Part shown: positions 8,976-18,655 of the stretch, piece after piece
How positions within the stretch are numbered: the stretch's first letter is position 1
Layout of the letters: each line of letters begins with the position of its first letter
Origin: an uncultured bacterium
GTDB lineage: Bacteria; Omnitrophota; Gorgyraeia; Zapsychrales; Aceulaceae
NCBI GenBank assembly: GCA_937930175.1
Contig: CALGLP010000013.1
Span: forward strand, 11,764-75,763
Length of the DNA: 64,000 nucleotides
Reading direction: 5' to 3'
Notes under the pieces: model-generated
Told to the model about the DNA's origin: nothing
Seen by the model: only the letters and a program-made list of their open reading frames with translations
Database searches by the model: none
Translations under genes and position numbers: made by a program

Positions 8976-9012
8976 AAAAAAGCCCTCCGAAAGAAATATT
9001 CGAAGGGCTTTT
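8976..9012 (-). terminator. Intrinsic terminator hairpin (AAGCCCTTCGAA-loop-TTTCGGAGGGCTT plus U7), the expression platform of the leader and immediately upstream of the small-ORF RBS
   Basis: A 10-12 bp GC-rich stem followed by TTTTTTT on the minus strand. On the + strand it also has a T-run, so it is potentially bidirectional. Confidence 0.6.
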
Positions 9013-9046
9013 TTAAATCTACGTAATCAATACTTTTCCTACGTTC

Positions 9047-9148
9047 ATGATTCACGGCAACCAGACAACCTTCTTCCTTTTTAAAGGAAGGTCAGGCTCA
9101 CGGCTTTGTGCCCTACACTTTCGAGTAGTTTACCTTTCAATCCTATGA
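9047..9148 (-). ncRNA. c-di-GMP-I (GEMM) riboswitch-like aptamer
   Basis: The minus-strand RNA CAUAGGAUUGAAAG-GUAAACUACUCGAAAGUGUAGGGCAC-AAAGCC-...-GCCGUGAAUCAUG parallels the Vibrio cholerae Vc2 GEMM core GGCAAACCAUUCGAAAGAGUGGGACGCAAAGCC. It has a P2 hairpin with AAA bulge and GAAA tetraloop, the conserved CAAAGCC junction, a second hairpin, and a closing P1 (CAU..GAUU / AAUC..AUG). It is followed by a terminator and then the RBS of a gene. Confidence 0.5.
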
Positions 9149-9178
9149 AAGAGCGAATCACTAAAATCTACACTTAAA

Positions 9179-9207
9179 ATATAGCATATCGGCAAGCGCT
9201 TTACAAG
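9179..9207 (-). promoter_or_regulatory. Putative promoter (minus strand TTGTAA-N17-TATATT) driving the riboswitch leader
   Basis: Hexamers read on the minus strand about 25 nt upstream of the aptamer 5' end. Confidence 0.3.
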
Positions 9208-9335
9208 GTGACGAGCAAAATAATCCAAGATTTTTTATACAAAAATAAAAACCATTGTTTCTTGCTGAAATAGGGCAATAAATAGTTCTTATTGATTGAT
9301 AATTAGATAAACTAACTAAAATAGTAATTTAGACT

Positions 9336-9364
9336 TGACAAATTAATTAGCATATGATATATTT
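9336..9364 (+). promoter_or_regulatory. Sigma70-type promoter TTGACA-N17-TATATT upstream of hspR
   Basis: Consensus -35 with a good -10 in an AT-rich 400-bp intergenic region, 10 nt before the hspR start. Confidence 0.45.
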
Positions 9365-9374
9365 CTGGTGAGAA

Positions 9375-9686
9375 ATGGAGGTTAGCGTGGATCAGAAGAG
9401 TTTACAAGATTTTGAGTTTAACATTAACCCTGAAGATCCTGTTTTCGTCATAAGCGTTGTTAGCAAGATAGTTCGTATTCCGATTTGGACTTTGAGAAAA
9501 CTTGACGACATGGGTGTTGTTTGTCCAAAAAGAATCGGAACAAAAACGCGTTGTTATTCAAAGGCGCAAGTTGTTAGGTTAAATTATGTTTATCATTTGA
9601 TGAATGAAGAAGGAATAAATATTAGCGGAATTAGATTTATTCTCGAAAAGCAGGAAGGAGGGGATGAGGGGAATAAGAAAATCTAA
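9375..9686 (+). CDS. hspR: MerR-family heat-shock repressor HspR
   Basis: VFVISVVSKIVRIPIWTLRKLDDMGVVCPKRIGTKTRCYSKAQVVRLNYVYHLMNEEGINISGIRFILE aligns with HspR (VYVISVAAEL...[35 protein letters not shown]). It sits upstream of hsp20-clpB. Confidence 0.7.
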   Translation: MEVSVDQKSLQDFEFNINPEDPVFVISVVSKIVRIPIWTLRKLDDMGVVCPKRIGTKTRCYSKAQVVRLNYVYHLMNEEGINISGIRFILEKQEGGDEGNKKI

Positions 9687-9707
9687 ATAAAATTTTTTAT
9701 TTTAATA

Positions 9708-9734
9708 TTGGCACTCTACTTAAGTGAGTGCTAG
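9708..9734. promoter_or_regulatory. CIRCE operator (HrcA binding site) TTGGCACTC-N9-GAGTGCTAG upstream of hsp20-clpB
   Basis: 15/18 match to TTAGCACTC-N9-GAGTGCTAA with correct 9-nt spacing. A TAATAT -10-like hexamer is immediately upstream. The location before chaperone genes is typical. Confidence 0.7.
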
Positions 9735-9778
9735 GGTTAAGATTTGAATGGATCATATAAGTAAAGGAGGGTTGGGAT

Positions 9779-10237
9779 ATGTCATTAACACCATGGAAAA
9801 ACAAGACAGAGGATTTTTTATTAAAAGATTTTTTAGGCATTGATGATATGGTTAAGCGCTTAGCGCTTGTTCCGTCAATGAATAAAACTTTGGCTGAGTT
9901 TGGGAACGTTTGGTACCCATCAATTGATGTTAGCGACGATGAAAAGAATATATATGTGCGGGCAGATCTTCCTGGACTCAAAAAAGAGGATATTCATCTT
10001 TCCATTGATAACGATATTCTTACCATCAAGGGAGAGCGCAAAATCGAAGAAGAAAAAAGGGGAAAGAGCTATCATGTTGTTGAGCGCGGGTATGGTAGCT
10101 TCCAGAGAAGTATCCAGTTGAGTGTGGGTGTGGATAAGGATAAAATAAACGCTAAATATAAAGATGGTGTTTTAGAGGTTATTTTGGTGAAAACAGCCAA
10201 GGAAGAAGGAAGAAGAATTAATATTGATCTTGGGTAA
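9779..10237 (+). CDS. Small heat shock protein, Hsp20/alpha-crystallin family
   Basis: Alpha-crystallin domain (YVRADLPGLKKEDIHLSIDNDILTIKGER...GYGSFQRSIQL...KDGVLEVIL). RBS AAAGGAGGG upstream. Confidence 0.9.
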   Translation: MSLTPWKNKTEDFLLKDFLGIDDMVKRLALVPSMNKTLAEFGNVWYPSIDVSDDEKNIYVRADLPGLKKEDIHLSIDNDILTIKGERKIEEEKRGKSYHVVERGYGSFQRSIQLSVGVDKDKINAKYKDGVLEVILVKTAKEEGRRINIDLG

Positions 10238-10242
10238 TGGAA

Positions 10243-10271
10243 GGGCGCCCGGGCATAAAGCCCGGGCGCCC
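10243..10271 (+). other. Perfect 12-bp all-G/C stem-loop (GGGCGCCCGGGC-ATAAA-GCCCGGGCGCCC) in the hsp20-clpB intergenic spacer, with no U-tract
   Basis: Read directly. The GC content is extreme for this genome. Probably an mRNA processing/stability or partial-termination element that uncouples hsp20 and clpB levels. Confidence 0.5.
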
Positions 10272-10319
10272 AACCCCCCGAGAATTAAAATCGTGGACAG
10301 AGAAGGATGGTTTCATTCG

Positions 10320-12902
10320 ATGATCAATTTTGAGAAATTTACAGTTAAGAATCAGGAAGCGATCCAAAAATCGCTTGCCTTGGCTCAAGAGCTTCAGCAT
10401 CAGCAAATCGAGCCGGAGCATCTATTGGTTTCTTATTTATATGATAACGAAGGAATCTTTTATAAGATGCTTGAGCTCAAAGGTCTTTCCACGGATCAAC
10501 TTTTAAAAGATCTTGAAGAAGAATTGTCCAGGAAATCAAAGATTGAAAGTAGCACAGCGCCTTTCATGTCGCAACGTTTAAACAAAGTCTTAAGCGAAGC
10601 CCAAAAAATAGCGCAGCAAATGAAAGATGATTTCTGTGCTCAGGAACATGTCTTTCTTGCTTTAAATAAGGAAGATAATGTGTTTTCGCGTATGCTTAAG
10701 CAGAGTGGAATAGATAAGGAAACGATCTTAAAAATGATTTATCAAATGCGAGGGAGTCAAAAAGTGACGGATGCCAATGCCGAGGAAAAATATCAAGCTT
10801 TAGAAAAATATACAAGGGATTTAACATTGTTGGCTAGCCAGGGTAAGCTTGATCCTGTGATTGGCCGCGATGATGAAATTCGTCGCGTGATCCAAGTATT
10901 ATCTCGCCGCACAAAAAATAATCCTGTTTTGATTGGCGAGCCGGGTGTGGGGAAGACCGCGATTGTTGAAGGTTTGGCGCAAAGGATTTTTACGGGGGAT
11001 GTTCCGGAAGGATTGAAAAACAAGAAAGTTTTGACTCTTGATATGGGAAGTTTGGTGGCAGGGGCAAAGTTTCGAGGTGAGTTTGAAGACAGGCTCAAGG
11101 CCTTGTTAAAAGAAATTGAAGCAAGAAATGGAGAGATCGTCCTTTTTATTGATGAACTCCATACGATCGTTGGGGCTGGAAAAGCTGAGGGATCTATGGA
11201 TGCCTCCAATATGTTGAAGCCCGCGCTTGCGCGTGGTCAATTGCGGTGCATTGGGGCGACCACCCTTGATGAATATCGTCAATATATTGAAAAAGATTCT
11301 GCGCTCGAGCGTCGTTTTCAGCAGGTGATGGTTTTGGAACCAAGTGTGGAAGACACGATCGCCATTTTGCGTGGACTTAAAGAACGTTATGAAATTCACC
11401 ACGGTGTTCGCATCCAAGATGCCGCTATCATCGCTGCAGCCATGATGTCGGATCGTTACATCACGGAACGTTTTCTGCCGGATAAGGCGATTGATTTGAT
11501 CGATGAGGCGGCCTCGACATTGCGTATTGAAATCGACAGCATGCCCCAGGAGCTGGATGTGAGCGAGCGTAAGATCCGCCAGCTTGAAATTGAGCGCCAG
11601 GCATTAAGAAAAGAAAAAGATGAATCGTCTCTGGAGCATCTGCGCAGGCTGGAATTGGATTTAGAGGCATTGAGAGAGGACAATAAAAAACTTCGTCTTC
11701 ATTGGCAAGGTGAGAAAGCCATTATTGATAAAATCCGCCAGGTGAAGTCGGCTATTGAAAAGAAAAGAGTGGAAGAGCAGAACGCGGAGAAGCAAGGGGA
11801 TTTGGGAAAGGTCGCGGAAATTCGCTATGGCCAAATGGTTCAGCTTAAGAAAGATTTAGAACAATATAATCAAGAGCTTCTCGCCCTTCAGAAAAATGGT
11901 TCGATGCTGAAAGAAGAAGTCGATGATGAAGATATTGCTGAAGTGGTGGCCAAGTGGACCAAGATTCCTATTTCGAAGTTGATGGAAGGAGAAACGGAAA
12001 AACTTGTTCATATGGAAGAGAGCTTGAAGGCCCGCGTGGTTGGCCAGGAAGCGATTATTAACACGATTTCCGCATGTATCCGCCGATCGCGGACCGGATT
12101 GAGCGACCCGCATCGGCCTTTAGGATCGTTCCTTTTTGTTGGCCCCACCGGTGTTGGAAAAACAGAGCTTGCCAAATCGTTAGCCTGGTTTTTGTTTGAT
12201 GATGAGAGTGCCTTGATCCGTATTGATATGAGTGAATATATGGAAAAGCATAGTGTTGCGCGCCTGATCGGCGCGCCTCCGGGCTATGTGGGCTATGAAG
12301 AAGGTGGTCAGTTAACCGAGGCTGTTCGTAGGCGTCCCTATGCAGTGATTCTTTTAGATGAAATTGAGAAAGCGCATCGGGATGTTTTTAATACCTTGCT
12401 TCAAATCTTGGATGATGGCCGATTGACGGATGGCCAAGGTCGGGTTGTGAATTTTAAGAATACCATTGTGATCATGACCTCCAACTTAGGTAGCGACTTG
12501 ATCGCGGAGCTCACTGACTCTAGGGAGATTGAAAAGAAAATTCAAGAAGTTCTTAAAGCGTCTTTTCGTCCAGAATTTTTAAATCGGGTAGATGAGATTG
12601 CTCTCTTTTCGCAATTGAAGCCTGAAGATATTCGCAAAATCGTCGATCTTCAGGTTTCTTATCTGGCCAAGCGTCTTGAGGAGCGGCAGATAACCATTGA
12701 GCTTTCGCATAAGGCCAAGGATGCTTTATCCCAAGCAGGATATGATGTGGTGTATGGAGCAAGGCCATTAAAAAGAGTGATTCAGCGGATGGTTCAAGAT
12801 CCTCTGGCAATAAAGATCCTTGCCGGGGAGATTAAGCCCAAGAGTCATGTTGTCGTTGATGTAAAGAAGGGAAAAGAAGGTCTGTTCTTTGATATCCAAT
12901 GA
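10320..12902 (+). CDS. clpB: ATP-dependent chaperone ClpB
   Basis: Clp N-domain, two AAA+ modules (GEPGVGKT ; GPTGVGKT), and the long middle coiled coil. The ORF track starts at 10224; I trimmed to the ATG at 10320 (MINFEKF...), which matches the ClpB N-terminus. Confidence 0.95.
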   Translation: MINFEKFTVKNQEAIQKSLALAQELQHQQIEPEHLLVSYLYDNEGIFYKMLELKGLSTDQLLKDLEEELSRKSKIESSTAPFMSQRLNKVLSEAQKIAQQMKDDFCAQEHVFLALNKEDNVFSRMLKQSGIDKETILKMIYQMRGSQKVTDANAEEKYQALEKYTRDLTLLASQGKLDPVIGRDDEIRRVIQVLSRRTKNNPVLIGEPGVGKTAIVEGLAQRIFTGDVPEGLKNKKVLTLDMGSLVAGAKFRGEFEDRLKALLKEIEARNGEIVLFIDELHTIVGAGKAEGSMDASNMLKPALARGQLRCIGATTLDEYRQYIEKDSALERRFQQVMVLEPSVEDTIAILRGLKERYEIHHGVRIQDAAIIAAAMMSDRYITERFLPDKAIDLIDEAASTLRIEIDSMPQELDVSERKIRQLEIERQALRKEKDESSLEHLRRLELDLEALREDNKKLRLHWQGEKAIIDKIRQVKSAIEKKRVEEQNAEKQGDLGKVAEIRYGQMVQLKKDLEQYNQELLALQKNGSMLKEEVDDEDIAEVVAKWTKIPISKLMEGETEKLVHMEESLKARVVGQEAIINTISACIRRSRTGLSDPHRPLGSFLFVGPTGVGKTELAKSLAWFLFDDESALIRIDMSEYMEKHSVARLIGAPPGYVGYEEGGQLTEAVRRRPYAVILLDEIEKAHRDVFNTLLQILDDGRLTDGQGRVVNFKNTIVIMTSNLGSDLIAELTDSREIEKKIQEVLKASFRPEFLNRVDEIALFSQLKPEDIRKIVDLQVSYLAKRLEERQITIELSHKAKDALSQAGYDVVYGARPLKRVIQRMVQDPLAIKILAGEIKPKSHVVVDVKKGKEGLFFDIQ

Positions 12903-12968
12903 TTTTTCTGAAACGAAAAAAAGTTTTGTGTTATAATGAGCCCCGATTTTTAGAGCAAAGGAGCCAGC

Positions 12969-13583
12969 ATGATGAAAAAAGAAGAGGTTGTTCATCCAGG
13001 GTCTATGCGCGATGTGGCGCTTGAGGCCTCAAAAAGTTTTAAAAGCTCATGGGTGGAGCTGGGGCGCATTTTGTATTCGATTTGGAAAGATAAACTTTAT
13101 AAGGAGTGGGATTATCAGCAGTTTGATATTTATGTCTCCAAAGAGCTAGGGATCAGGAAGCAGACATCGTTAAAACTTTTGCGTTCGTATTATTTTCTGG
13201 AAAAAGAAGAGCCGATGTATTTGCAAAAAGAGTATGCTGAAGACGCTGACTCTCGGGAAATCCCAAGCTATGAAGCCGTTGATGTCTTGCGCCTTGCCAA
13301 GAGTAAGAATATTGGCGAAGAGGATTATGTTAAGCTTAAAGAAGATTTATTTGTGAAGGGGAAAGATTCCCATGAAATGAAAAAAGATTTAACCGCGATG
13401 ATGCGTCAACGCGAGGAGCTTGACCCGCAAGAAGCCTGGCAGAAAAGAAAAGAAACGAATATCCGGCGCTTCATTGGCACGTTACGATCATTAAAGCGCG
13501 AGATGGATGAAACCAAGATTCTTCCTTCGGCAATGGCTCAAGAAGTAAACGCCCTCATCAAGAAGCTTGAATCTCAGTTGTAG
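12969..13583 (+). CDS. Hypothetical protein (204 aa), own promoter with extended -10 TGTGTTATAAT
   Basis: RBS AAAGGAG. No family recognised by eye. Lies between clpB and the hrcA operon. Confidence 0.5.
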   Translation: MMKKEEVVHPGSMRDVALEASKSFKSSWVELGRILYSIWKDKLYKEWDYQQFDIYVSKELGIRKQTSLKLLRSYYFLEKEEPMYLQKEYAEDADSREIPSYEAVDVLRLAKSKNIGEEDYVKLKEDLFVKGKDSHEMKKDLTAMMRQREELDPQEAWQKRKETNIRRFIGTLRSLKREMDETKILPSAMAQEVNALIKKLESQL

Positions 13584-13598
13584 AGTAGAGGTGACCGA

Positions 13599-13626
13599 TG
13601 TTGACAACAAAAAGTTTTTTGTTATA
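13599..13626 (+). promoter_or_regulatory. Sigma70 promoter TTGACA-N16-TATAAT (extended TG) of the hrcA-grpE-dnaK-dnaJ operon
   Basis: Consensus hexamers immediately followed by CIRCE. Confidence 0.6.
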
Positions 13627-13632
13627 ATCCTG

Positions 13633-13659
13633 TTTTAGCATTCGATTGCTTAGAGTGCT
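13633..13659. promoter_or_regulatory. CIRCE operator TTAGCATTC-N9-GAGTGCTAA
   Basis: 17/18 match to the CIRCE consensus, at the transcription start region of hrcA. Confidence 0.8.
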
Positions 13660-13713
13660 AATTCTTGCAAGATGTTAGTGATATGTAGGTTTTATTTGAA
13701 GGCAAGGTGAATA

Positions 13714-14466
13714 ATGACGGCGAAAAGACTTGATCCACGCTATCGCAAAGAAAAGATCCTGGCGTATGTGATTGAGCAGTATATTCGTAATGTTAATCCT
13801 GTGAGCTCGAACCAAGTTGCCGAAGAGTGTTTTTCCGATTTAAGCTCAGCAACCATTCGTCACGTCTTGGCTGAGCTTGAAGATGAGGGATTTTTAACGC
13901 ATCCTCACACCTCCTCTGGCCGCGTGCCGACCCAGGATGGCTATCGCTACTATGTCAATCATCTGATGCATGAAATTAAACTTTTAGCTGATGAAAAAGA
14001 GCGTATTTTGCACGAGTATCATCAAGGGATTTCAGAGCTCGAGGAGCTTTTGAAGAAAACCTCTGAAGTTTTGTCGCAGGAGGCGAAATATCCAAGCATC
14101 ATTTCAATTGATGGCAATCAGGATAAAGTGTTTTGTCACGGGATGAGCTTTGTTGCAGGATATCCAGAGTTTCATAATATTAAACGCATCCATCATATCT
14201 TGCAGGTTTTAGAAGCCAAAGAGCGGGTCTTAGGGTTGATCAACCGGGATCTTGAGCAGAAGATGAAGATTTATATTGGGGACGAGGTAGGGTGTCAGGA
14301 TATTGAGGGGTGTTCGCTTGTTATTTCAAAATTTGGCAAGAAAAACGGTCGGACAGGTCGCTTAGCGGTATTGGGGCCAACACGCATGGATTATGAAAAA
14401 GTGATTTCAACGCTAGAGTATTTTTCTGAGCTTATTGATCAGATGGTGGAAAGTGAAAGATTATGA
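13714..14466 (+). CDS. hrcA: Heat-inducible transcription repressor HrcA (short form, 250 aa)
   Basis: N-terminal winged helix (ILAYVIEQYIRNVNPVSSNQVAEEC...SSATIRHVLAELEDEGFLTHPHTSSGRVPTQDGYRYYV). Immediately upstream of grpE-dnaK; a CIRCE lies upstream. Confidence 0.8.
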   Translation: MTAKRLDPRYRKEKILAYVIEQYIRNVNPVSSNQVAEECFSDLSSATIRHVLAELEDEGFLTHPHTSSGRVPTQDGYRYYVNHLMHEIKLLADEKERILHEYHQGISELEELLKKTSEVLSQEAKYPSIISIDGNQDKVFCHGMSFVAGYPEFHNIKRIHHILQVLEAKERVLGLINRDLEQKMKIYIGDEVGCQDIEGCSLVISKFGKKNGRTGRLAVLGPTRMDYEKVISTLEYFSELIDQMVESERL

Positions 14467-15050
14467 GCCAAGATAAAGAATTTGACGACATCGTAGGTAA
14501 AGACGAAGGCGAAACGGTGTTGCCCCAAGAGGAGGAGAAGGGCGAAGAGAAAATGATTTCGCTTAAAGAATCTGAGCATCAGAAACTCTTGGCAGATCTT
14601 TGTGAATCAAAGGATAAATATGTTCGACTTTATGCGGAGTTTGATAATGTGCGTAAGCGCATGGAGCGGGAAAAGGGTGAGTTTATCAAGTACGCGAATC
14701 AAGAATTGATTACCGATTTTCTTGATATTTTGGATGATTTGGAGCGATCTGTTGAGGCGGCGAAAGCGAGTCATGAAGATTATGCTGCGTTTTTGAAAGG
14801 GATCGAAATGGTGATGGCGCACGTCTATGATTTGCTCAGGAAAAACGATGTTAAGCCCATTGAGGCTAAGGGAAAAATGTTTGATCCGCATTGTCATGAA
14901 GCCCTGATGCAGGAAGAGCGTGATGATCTGCAAGAGGGAACTGTGATCGATGAATTTCAAAAAGGATATATGTTGGGTAATCGGGTGATTCGGACCAACA
15001 AGGTTAAGGTAGTAAAGAAACCAGAGGCTGGAGAAAAGAAACCAGGGTAA
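14463..15050 (+). CDS. grpE: Nucleotide exchange factor GrpE
   Basis: GrpE motifs (RLYAEFDNVRKRMEREK, long helix, C-terminal beta domain FDPHCHEAL). Start overlaps the hrcA stop (ATGA). Confidence 0.9.
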   Translation: MSQDKEFDDIVGKDEGETVLPQEEEKGEEKMISLKESEHQKLLADLCESKDKYVRLYAEFDNVRKRMEREKGEFIKYANQELITDFLDILDDLERSVEAAKASHEDYAAFLKGIEMVMAHVYDLLRKNDVKPIEAKGKMFDPHCHEALMQEERDDLQEGTVIDEFQKGYMLGNRVIRTNKVKVVKKPEAGEKKPG

Positions 15051-15060
15051 AGCTTAGGAA

Positions 15061-15438
15061 ATGAAAGAGTTTGAATTTGATTCTGAGAAGCTAAAGGTTT
15101 ACCAGAGGTCTTTAGATTTTATTGATGCGCTATTTGAAATTTATAAGAATTTAAATCAGGAATATAAATATTTTATAGGGAATAATCTTGTAAGGGCGGG
15201 ATTGTCTATCGCTAATAATATTGCTGAGGGCAATGGAAAGAAATCTAGAAAAGAAAAATAAAGATATTTTAGTATTTCGTCTGATTCCGCCAGAGAGTGT
15301 GTTTCTGTGTTTAATGTTTTAAAAAGGCAAGGTTTAATGAAGGAAAACGATTATATAAAATTAAAAGTGGATGCCAGAGAAGTTACAAGCATGCTTTATG
15401 GCTTAATTGATTCGCAGAATCTGGTTATGGATAACTAG
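15061..15438 (+). pseudogene. Four-helix-bundle protein (TIGR02436 / 23S rRNA IVS protein family) interrupted by an in-frame TAA after codon 66
   Basis: The 66-aa ORF ends ...EGNGKKSRKEK-TAA. The same frame continues as RYFSISSDSARE...LYGLIDSQNLVMDN*, giving a typical 126-aa family member in which TAA replaces one codon. Confidence 0.55.
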
Positions 15439-15474
15439 TCTCTGGTTTTCTGAAACGACGAAAGGAGTTTTAAT

Positions 15475-17385
15475 ATGGCAAAAGTTATTGGAATCGATTT
15501 AGGAACATCAAATTCAGCCGCTGCAGTTATGGAGGGGGGGCGTCCTGTCATTCTTCCATCCGCCGAAGGGGCAGGCGTTTCTTCGGGCAAGGCCTTTCCG
15601 TCTTTCGTGGCTTTTGACAAGGACGGAAATCGTCTTGTTGGCGAACCAGCACGACGCCAGGCTGCTGTGAATCCACAAGGAACGATTTATGCCGCCAAGC
15701 GAAAAATGGGGACAAGCCATAAATTTCAAGCCTTAGGTAAGGAATTCACACCTCAGCAGATCAGCGCTTTTATTTTGCAAAAGATCAAGGCGGATGCGGA
15801 GAAATATTTAGGAGATACTGTTGAAGAGGTCGTGATCACGGTTCCTGCGTATTTTAACGATAACCAGCGTCAGGCCACCAAGGATGCCGGTGAGATTGCG
15901 GGCCTCAAGGTGTTGCGTATTATCAATGAGCCAACAGCCGCGTGTTTGGCGTACGGTTTAGATAAGGTGGGTAAAGAACTTAAGATTTTGGTTTTTGACT
16001 TAGGCGGTGGTACGCTCGATGTTACGATCATGGAAATGTGGGCGGAAGGCGGTTTTGAGGTCCTTTCCACCAACGGCGATACACAGCTGGGTGGTACGGA
16101 TATGGATAATATTTTGATCGATTATATTTGTAATGAGTTTAAAAAGGAAAGCGGCATTGATCTGAAAAATGACAAAATGGCTTTTCAGCGTCTTCGGGAA
16201 GCAGCAGAAAAGGCCAAGGTTGAGCTTTCCTCGACGGTTTCGACCGATGTCAATCTTCCTTTTATTACGGCGGATGCCTCAGGTCCTAAGCATCTTACAT
16301 TGAAAATTGAGCGTTCAAAGCTTGAAGAGCTTGTGGCTCCCATTGTGGATCGTTGCCGCAAACCTATGGAAGGGGCTTTAGCGGACGCTAAGCTTTCTGC
16401 TAATGATATCGACCGTGTGATCATGGTTGGCGGTCCGACACGCATGCCGGTCATTCAAAAGTTCCTTGAAGATTATGTTGGTAAGAAAATCGAGCGCGGT
16501 GTTGATCCTATGGAATGCGTAGCGTTGGGTGCCGCAGTTCAGGCTTCTATTATCAAAGGGGAAACTAAGGAAGTTCTTCTTTTAGATGTTACACCGTTGA
16601 CATTGGGCATCGAGACCGTGGGTGGCGTGTTCACACATATGATCGATCGTAACACAACGGTTCCTACAAAAAAGAGCCAGATTTTCTCAACCGCGGATGA
16701 TAATCAAACTGCCGTGACGATCCGTGTCTTGCAAGGGGAACGGCAGATGGCTAATGATAACACAGAGCTTGGCCGTTTTGATTTGGTTGGTATTCCGCCT
16801 GCGCATCGCGGGATCCCACAAATTGAAGTGACCTTTGACATTGATTCAAACGGTATTGTTCATGTCTCGGCGAAAGATAAGGCTACGGGTAAAGAACAAT
16901 CGATCAAGATCACTGCACCGACGAAACTTTCGGATGCGGATATTGATAAAATGGTTAAGGAAGCAGAAAAATATGCCGATGAGGATAAGAAAAAACGTGA
17001 ATTGGCTGAAACCATGAACGAAGCCAATAGCTTTGCTTATGCCACGGAAAAGTCGTTAAAAGATTATGGCGATAAGATTTCAGCGCAGGACAAAGAAAGC
17101 GTTGAAAAAGGCTTGGCCAACCTTAAAGAAGTGATCAAGACCGCTGATGTTGCCAAGGTCAAGGAAGCTATGGAAGCCTTGCAAAAGGTTAGCCATAAGC
17201 TTGCTGAGGAAATGTATAAGGCAACAGCTGCTCAGCAAGCCCAAGGCGGCCAAGGGCAGCAGCAGAGCTCTGGCCCGGGACAATCTGATGCAGGAGAGTC
17301 TTCTACTCAGCAAGGGCAGGGATCAACAGAGAAAAAAGAAGATATCATCGACGCGGATTTTAAAGCGGAAGATGAAAAGAAATAA
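15475..17385 (+). CDS. dnaK: Molecular chaperone DnaK (Hsp70)
   Basis: [22 protein letters not shown] and full Hsp70 architecture. RBS AAAGGAG. Confidence 0.97.
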   Translation: MAKVIGIDLGTSNSAAAVMEGGRPVILPSAEGAGVSSGKAFPSFVAFDKDGNRLVGEPARRQAAVNPQGTIYAAKRKMGTSHKFQALGKEFTPQQISAFILQKIKADAEKYLGDTVEEVVITVPAYFNDNQRQATKDAGEIAGLKVLRIINEPTAACLAYGLDKVGKELKILVFDLGGGTLDVTIMEMWAEGGFEVLSTNGDTQLGGTDMDNILIDYICNEFKKESGIDLKNDKMAFQRLREAAEKAKVELSSTVSTDVNLPFITADASGPKHLTLKIERSKLEELVAPIVDRCRKPMEGALADAKLSANDIDRVIMVGGPTRMPVIQKFLEDYVGKKIERGVDPMECVALGAAVQASIIKGETKEVLLLDVTPLTLGIETVGGVFTHMIDRNTTVPTKKSQIFSTADDNQTAVTIRVLQGERQMANDNTELGRFDLVGIPPAHRGIPQIEVTFDIDSNGIVHVSAKDKATGKEQSIKITAPTKLSDADIDKMVKEAEKYADEDKKKRELAETMNEANSFAYATEKSLKDYGDKISAQDKESVEKGLANLKEVIKTADVAKVKEAMEALQKVSHKLAEEMYKATAAQQAQGGQGQQQSSGPGQSDAGESSTQQGQGSTEKKEDIIDADFKAEDEKK

Positions 17386-17393
17386 AGGGATGA

Positions 17394-17431
17394 TACTTGT
17401 GGGAGCTGCTAAGACGTAGCTCCCACAAGTA
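17394..17431 (+). other. Intercistronic 14-bp perfect hairpin (TACTTGTGGGAGCT-loop-AGCTCCCACAAGTA) between dnaK and dnaJ, with no U-tract
   Basis: Read directly. Such stem-loops are common in dnaK operons, where they act as partial terminators or stabilisers. Confidence 0.5.
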
Positions 17432-17506
17432 TAAATTCGTACAGGCTAACTTGATGTTCGTCCGCCATCGACTTATTTGCGGACTCCATAAGTTAGGTGC
17501 TCATTT

Positions 17507-18646
17507 ATGAAAAAAGATTATTACGACATTCTAGGTCTTAAGAAGGATGCGACGGAAGCCGATATCAAAAAGGCTTATCGTAAACTTGCGCTTTCGCATC
17601 ACCCTGATCGTGTTGCGCCTGAAAAGAAAAAAGACGCCGAGGAAAAGTTTAAAGAGGTCTCCGAGGCCTATGCGGTCTTGTCGGATGCTAAAAAGAGGCA
17701 AACGTATGATCAGTATGGTCACGCGGGGATTGATCAGAACTTTACGCAAGAAGATATCTTTCGTAATGCCGATTTTAGTAGTATTTTTGAGAATATGGGA
17801 TTTGGGGGAGATATTTTTGAGGATATTTTCGGAAGCTTTGGTTCTGATGCGGGCCGTTCTGGACGTTCGCGACGTGCAAGACGTGGTAAAGACATTCAGT
17901 ATGAATTTGATTTAACTTTGGAAGAAGCCTATAGTGGAGTCACCAAGGCGATCAAAGTTCCGCGCCATGATCTTTGTCCATCGTGCGCTGGTTCTGGTGC
18001 TAAGCCTGGTACCCAGCCTAAAACTTGTTCGCGTTGCCAAGGACGAGGACAAGTAATCACGGATAGTGGGTTTTTTCGCATGGCCCAGACCTGCCCGCAG
18101 TGTCGCGGAGAGGGAAAAGTGATCGCAGAATTATGCTCAGGATGCCAGGGCCAGGGCACCATTCGTGTGACACGAAAAATTGATGTTAAGTTTCCAGCTG
18201 GGGTCGACACCGGATCTCAATTACGCGTGCAAGGTGAAGGGGAAATCGGCCAAGCTGGACGTGGTGATTTATATATTTATATTCGTATTCATGATCATGC
18301 GATTTTTCAGCGTCAAGGCTTGGATATTTATATGAATTTACCTGTGAGTTTTGTCAAAGCTGCTCTGGGTGCTCAAGTGAGTGTCCACACGTTAGGTGGC
18401 AATGTCACGATGGATATTCCAGCTGGGACGCAAAGCGGAAAAATGTTTCGTTTAAAGAATCAAGGAATGCCAAGTCTGCAGGGTGGGTCAAGCGGGAATC
18501 AGTATGTGCGCGTGATGATTTCTGTTCCGACAAAGCTTTCCGCTGAGCAAAAGAAACTTTTGGAAGAGTACGCGCGTGTTAGCGGTGAAGAAGTTGGTCA
18601 TAGTACTGGTTCTTTTACGGATAAAATAAAGAAGGTTTTTAAGTAA
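17507..18646 (+). CDS. dnaJ: Co-chaperone DnaJ
   Basis: J-domain with HPD ([12 protein letters not shown]), G/F region, four CxxCxGxG zinc-finger repeats, and a C-terminal domain. Confidence 0.95.
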   Translation: MKKDYYDILGLKKDATEADIKKAYRKLALSHHPDRVAPEKKKDAEEKFKEVSEAYAVLSDAKKRQTYDQYGHAGIDQNFTQEDIFRNADFSSIFENMGFGGDIFEDIFGSFGSDAGRSGRSRRARRGKDIQYEFDLTLEEAYSGVTKAIKVPRHDLCPSCAGSGAKPGTQPKTCSRCQGRGQVITDSGFFRMAQTCPQCRGEGKVIAELCSGCQGQGTIRVTRKIDVKFPAGVDTGSQLRVQGEGEIGQAGRGDLYIYIRIHDHAIFQRQGLDIYMNLPVSFVKAALGAQVSVHTLGGNVTMDIPAGTQSGKMFRLKNQGMPSLQGGSSGNQYVRVMISVPTKLSAEQKKLLEEYARVSGEEVGHSTGSFTDKIKKVFK

Positions 18647-18655
18647 GGATTTTTT

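Noticed and set aside
9040-9180. Possible SRP (4.5S) RNA or 6S RNA in the AT-rich intergenic region, because of the GGAAGGTCAGG-like motif
   Set aside because: The motif order and the helix do not match SRP domain IV. The same bases are much better explained as a GEMM-type riboswitch on the opposite strand, followed by a terminator and an RBS.
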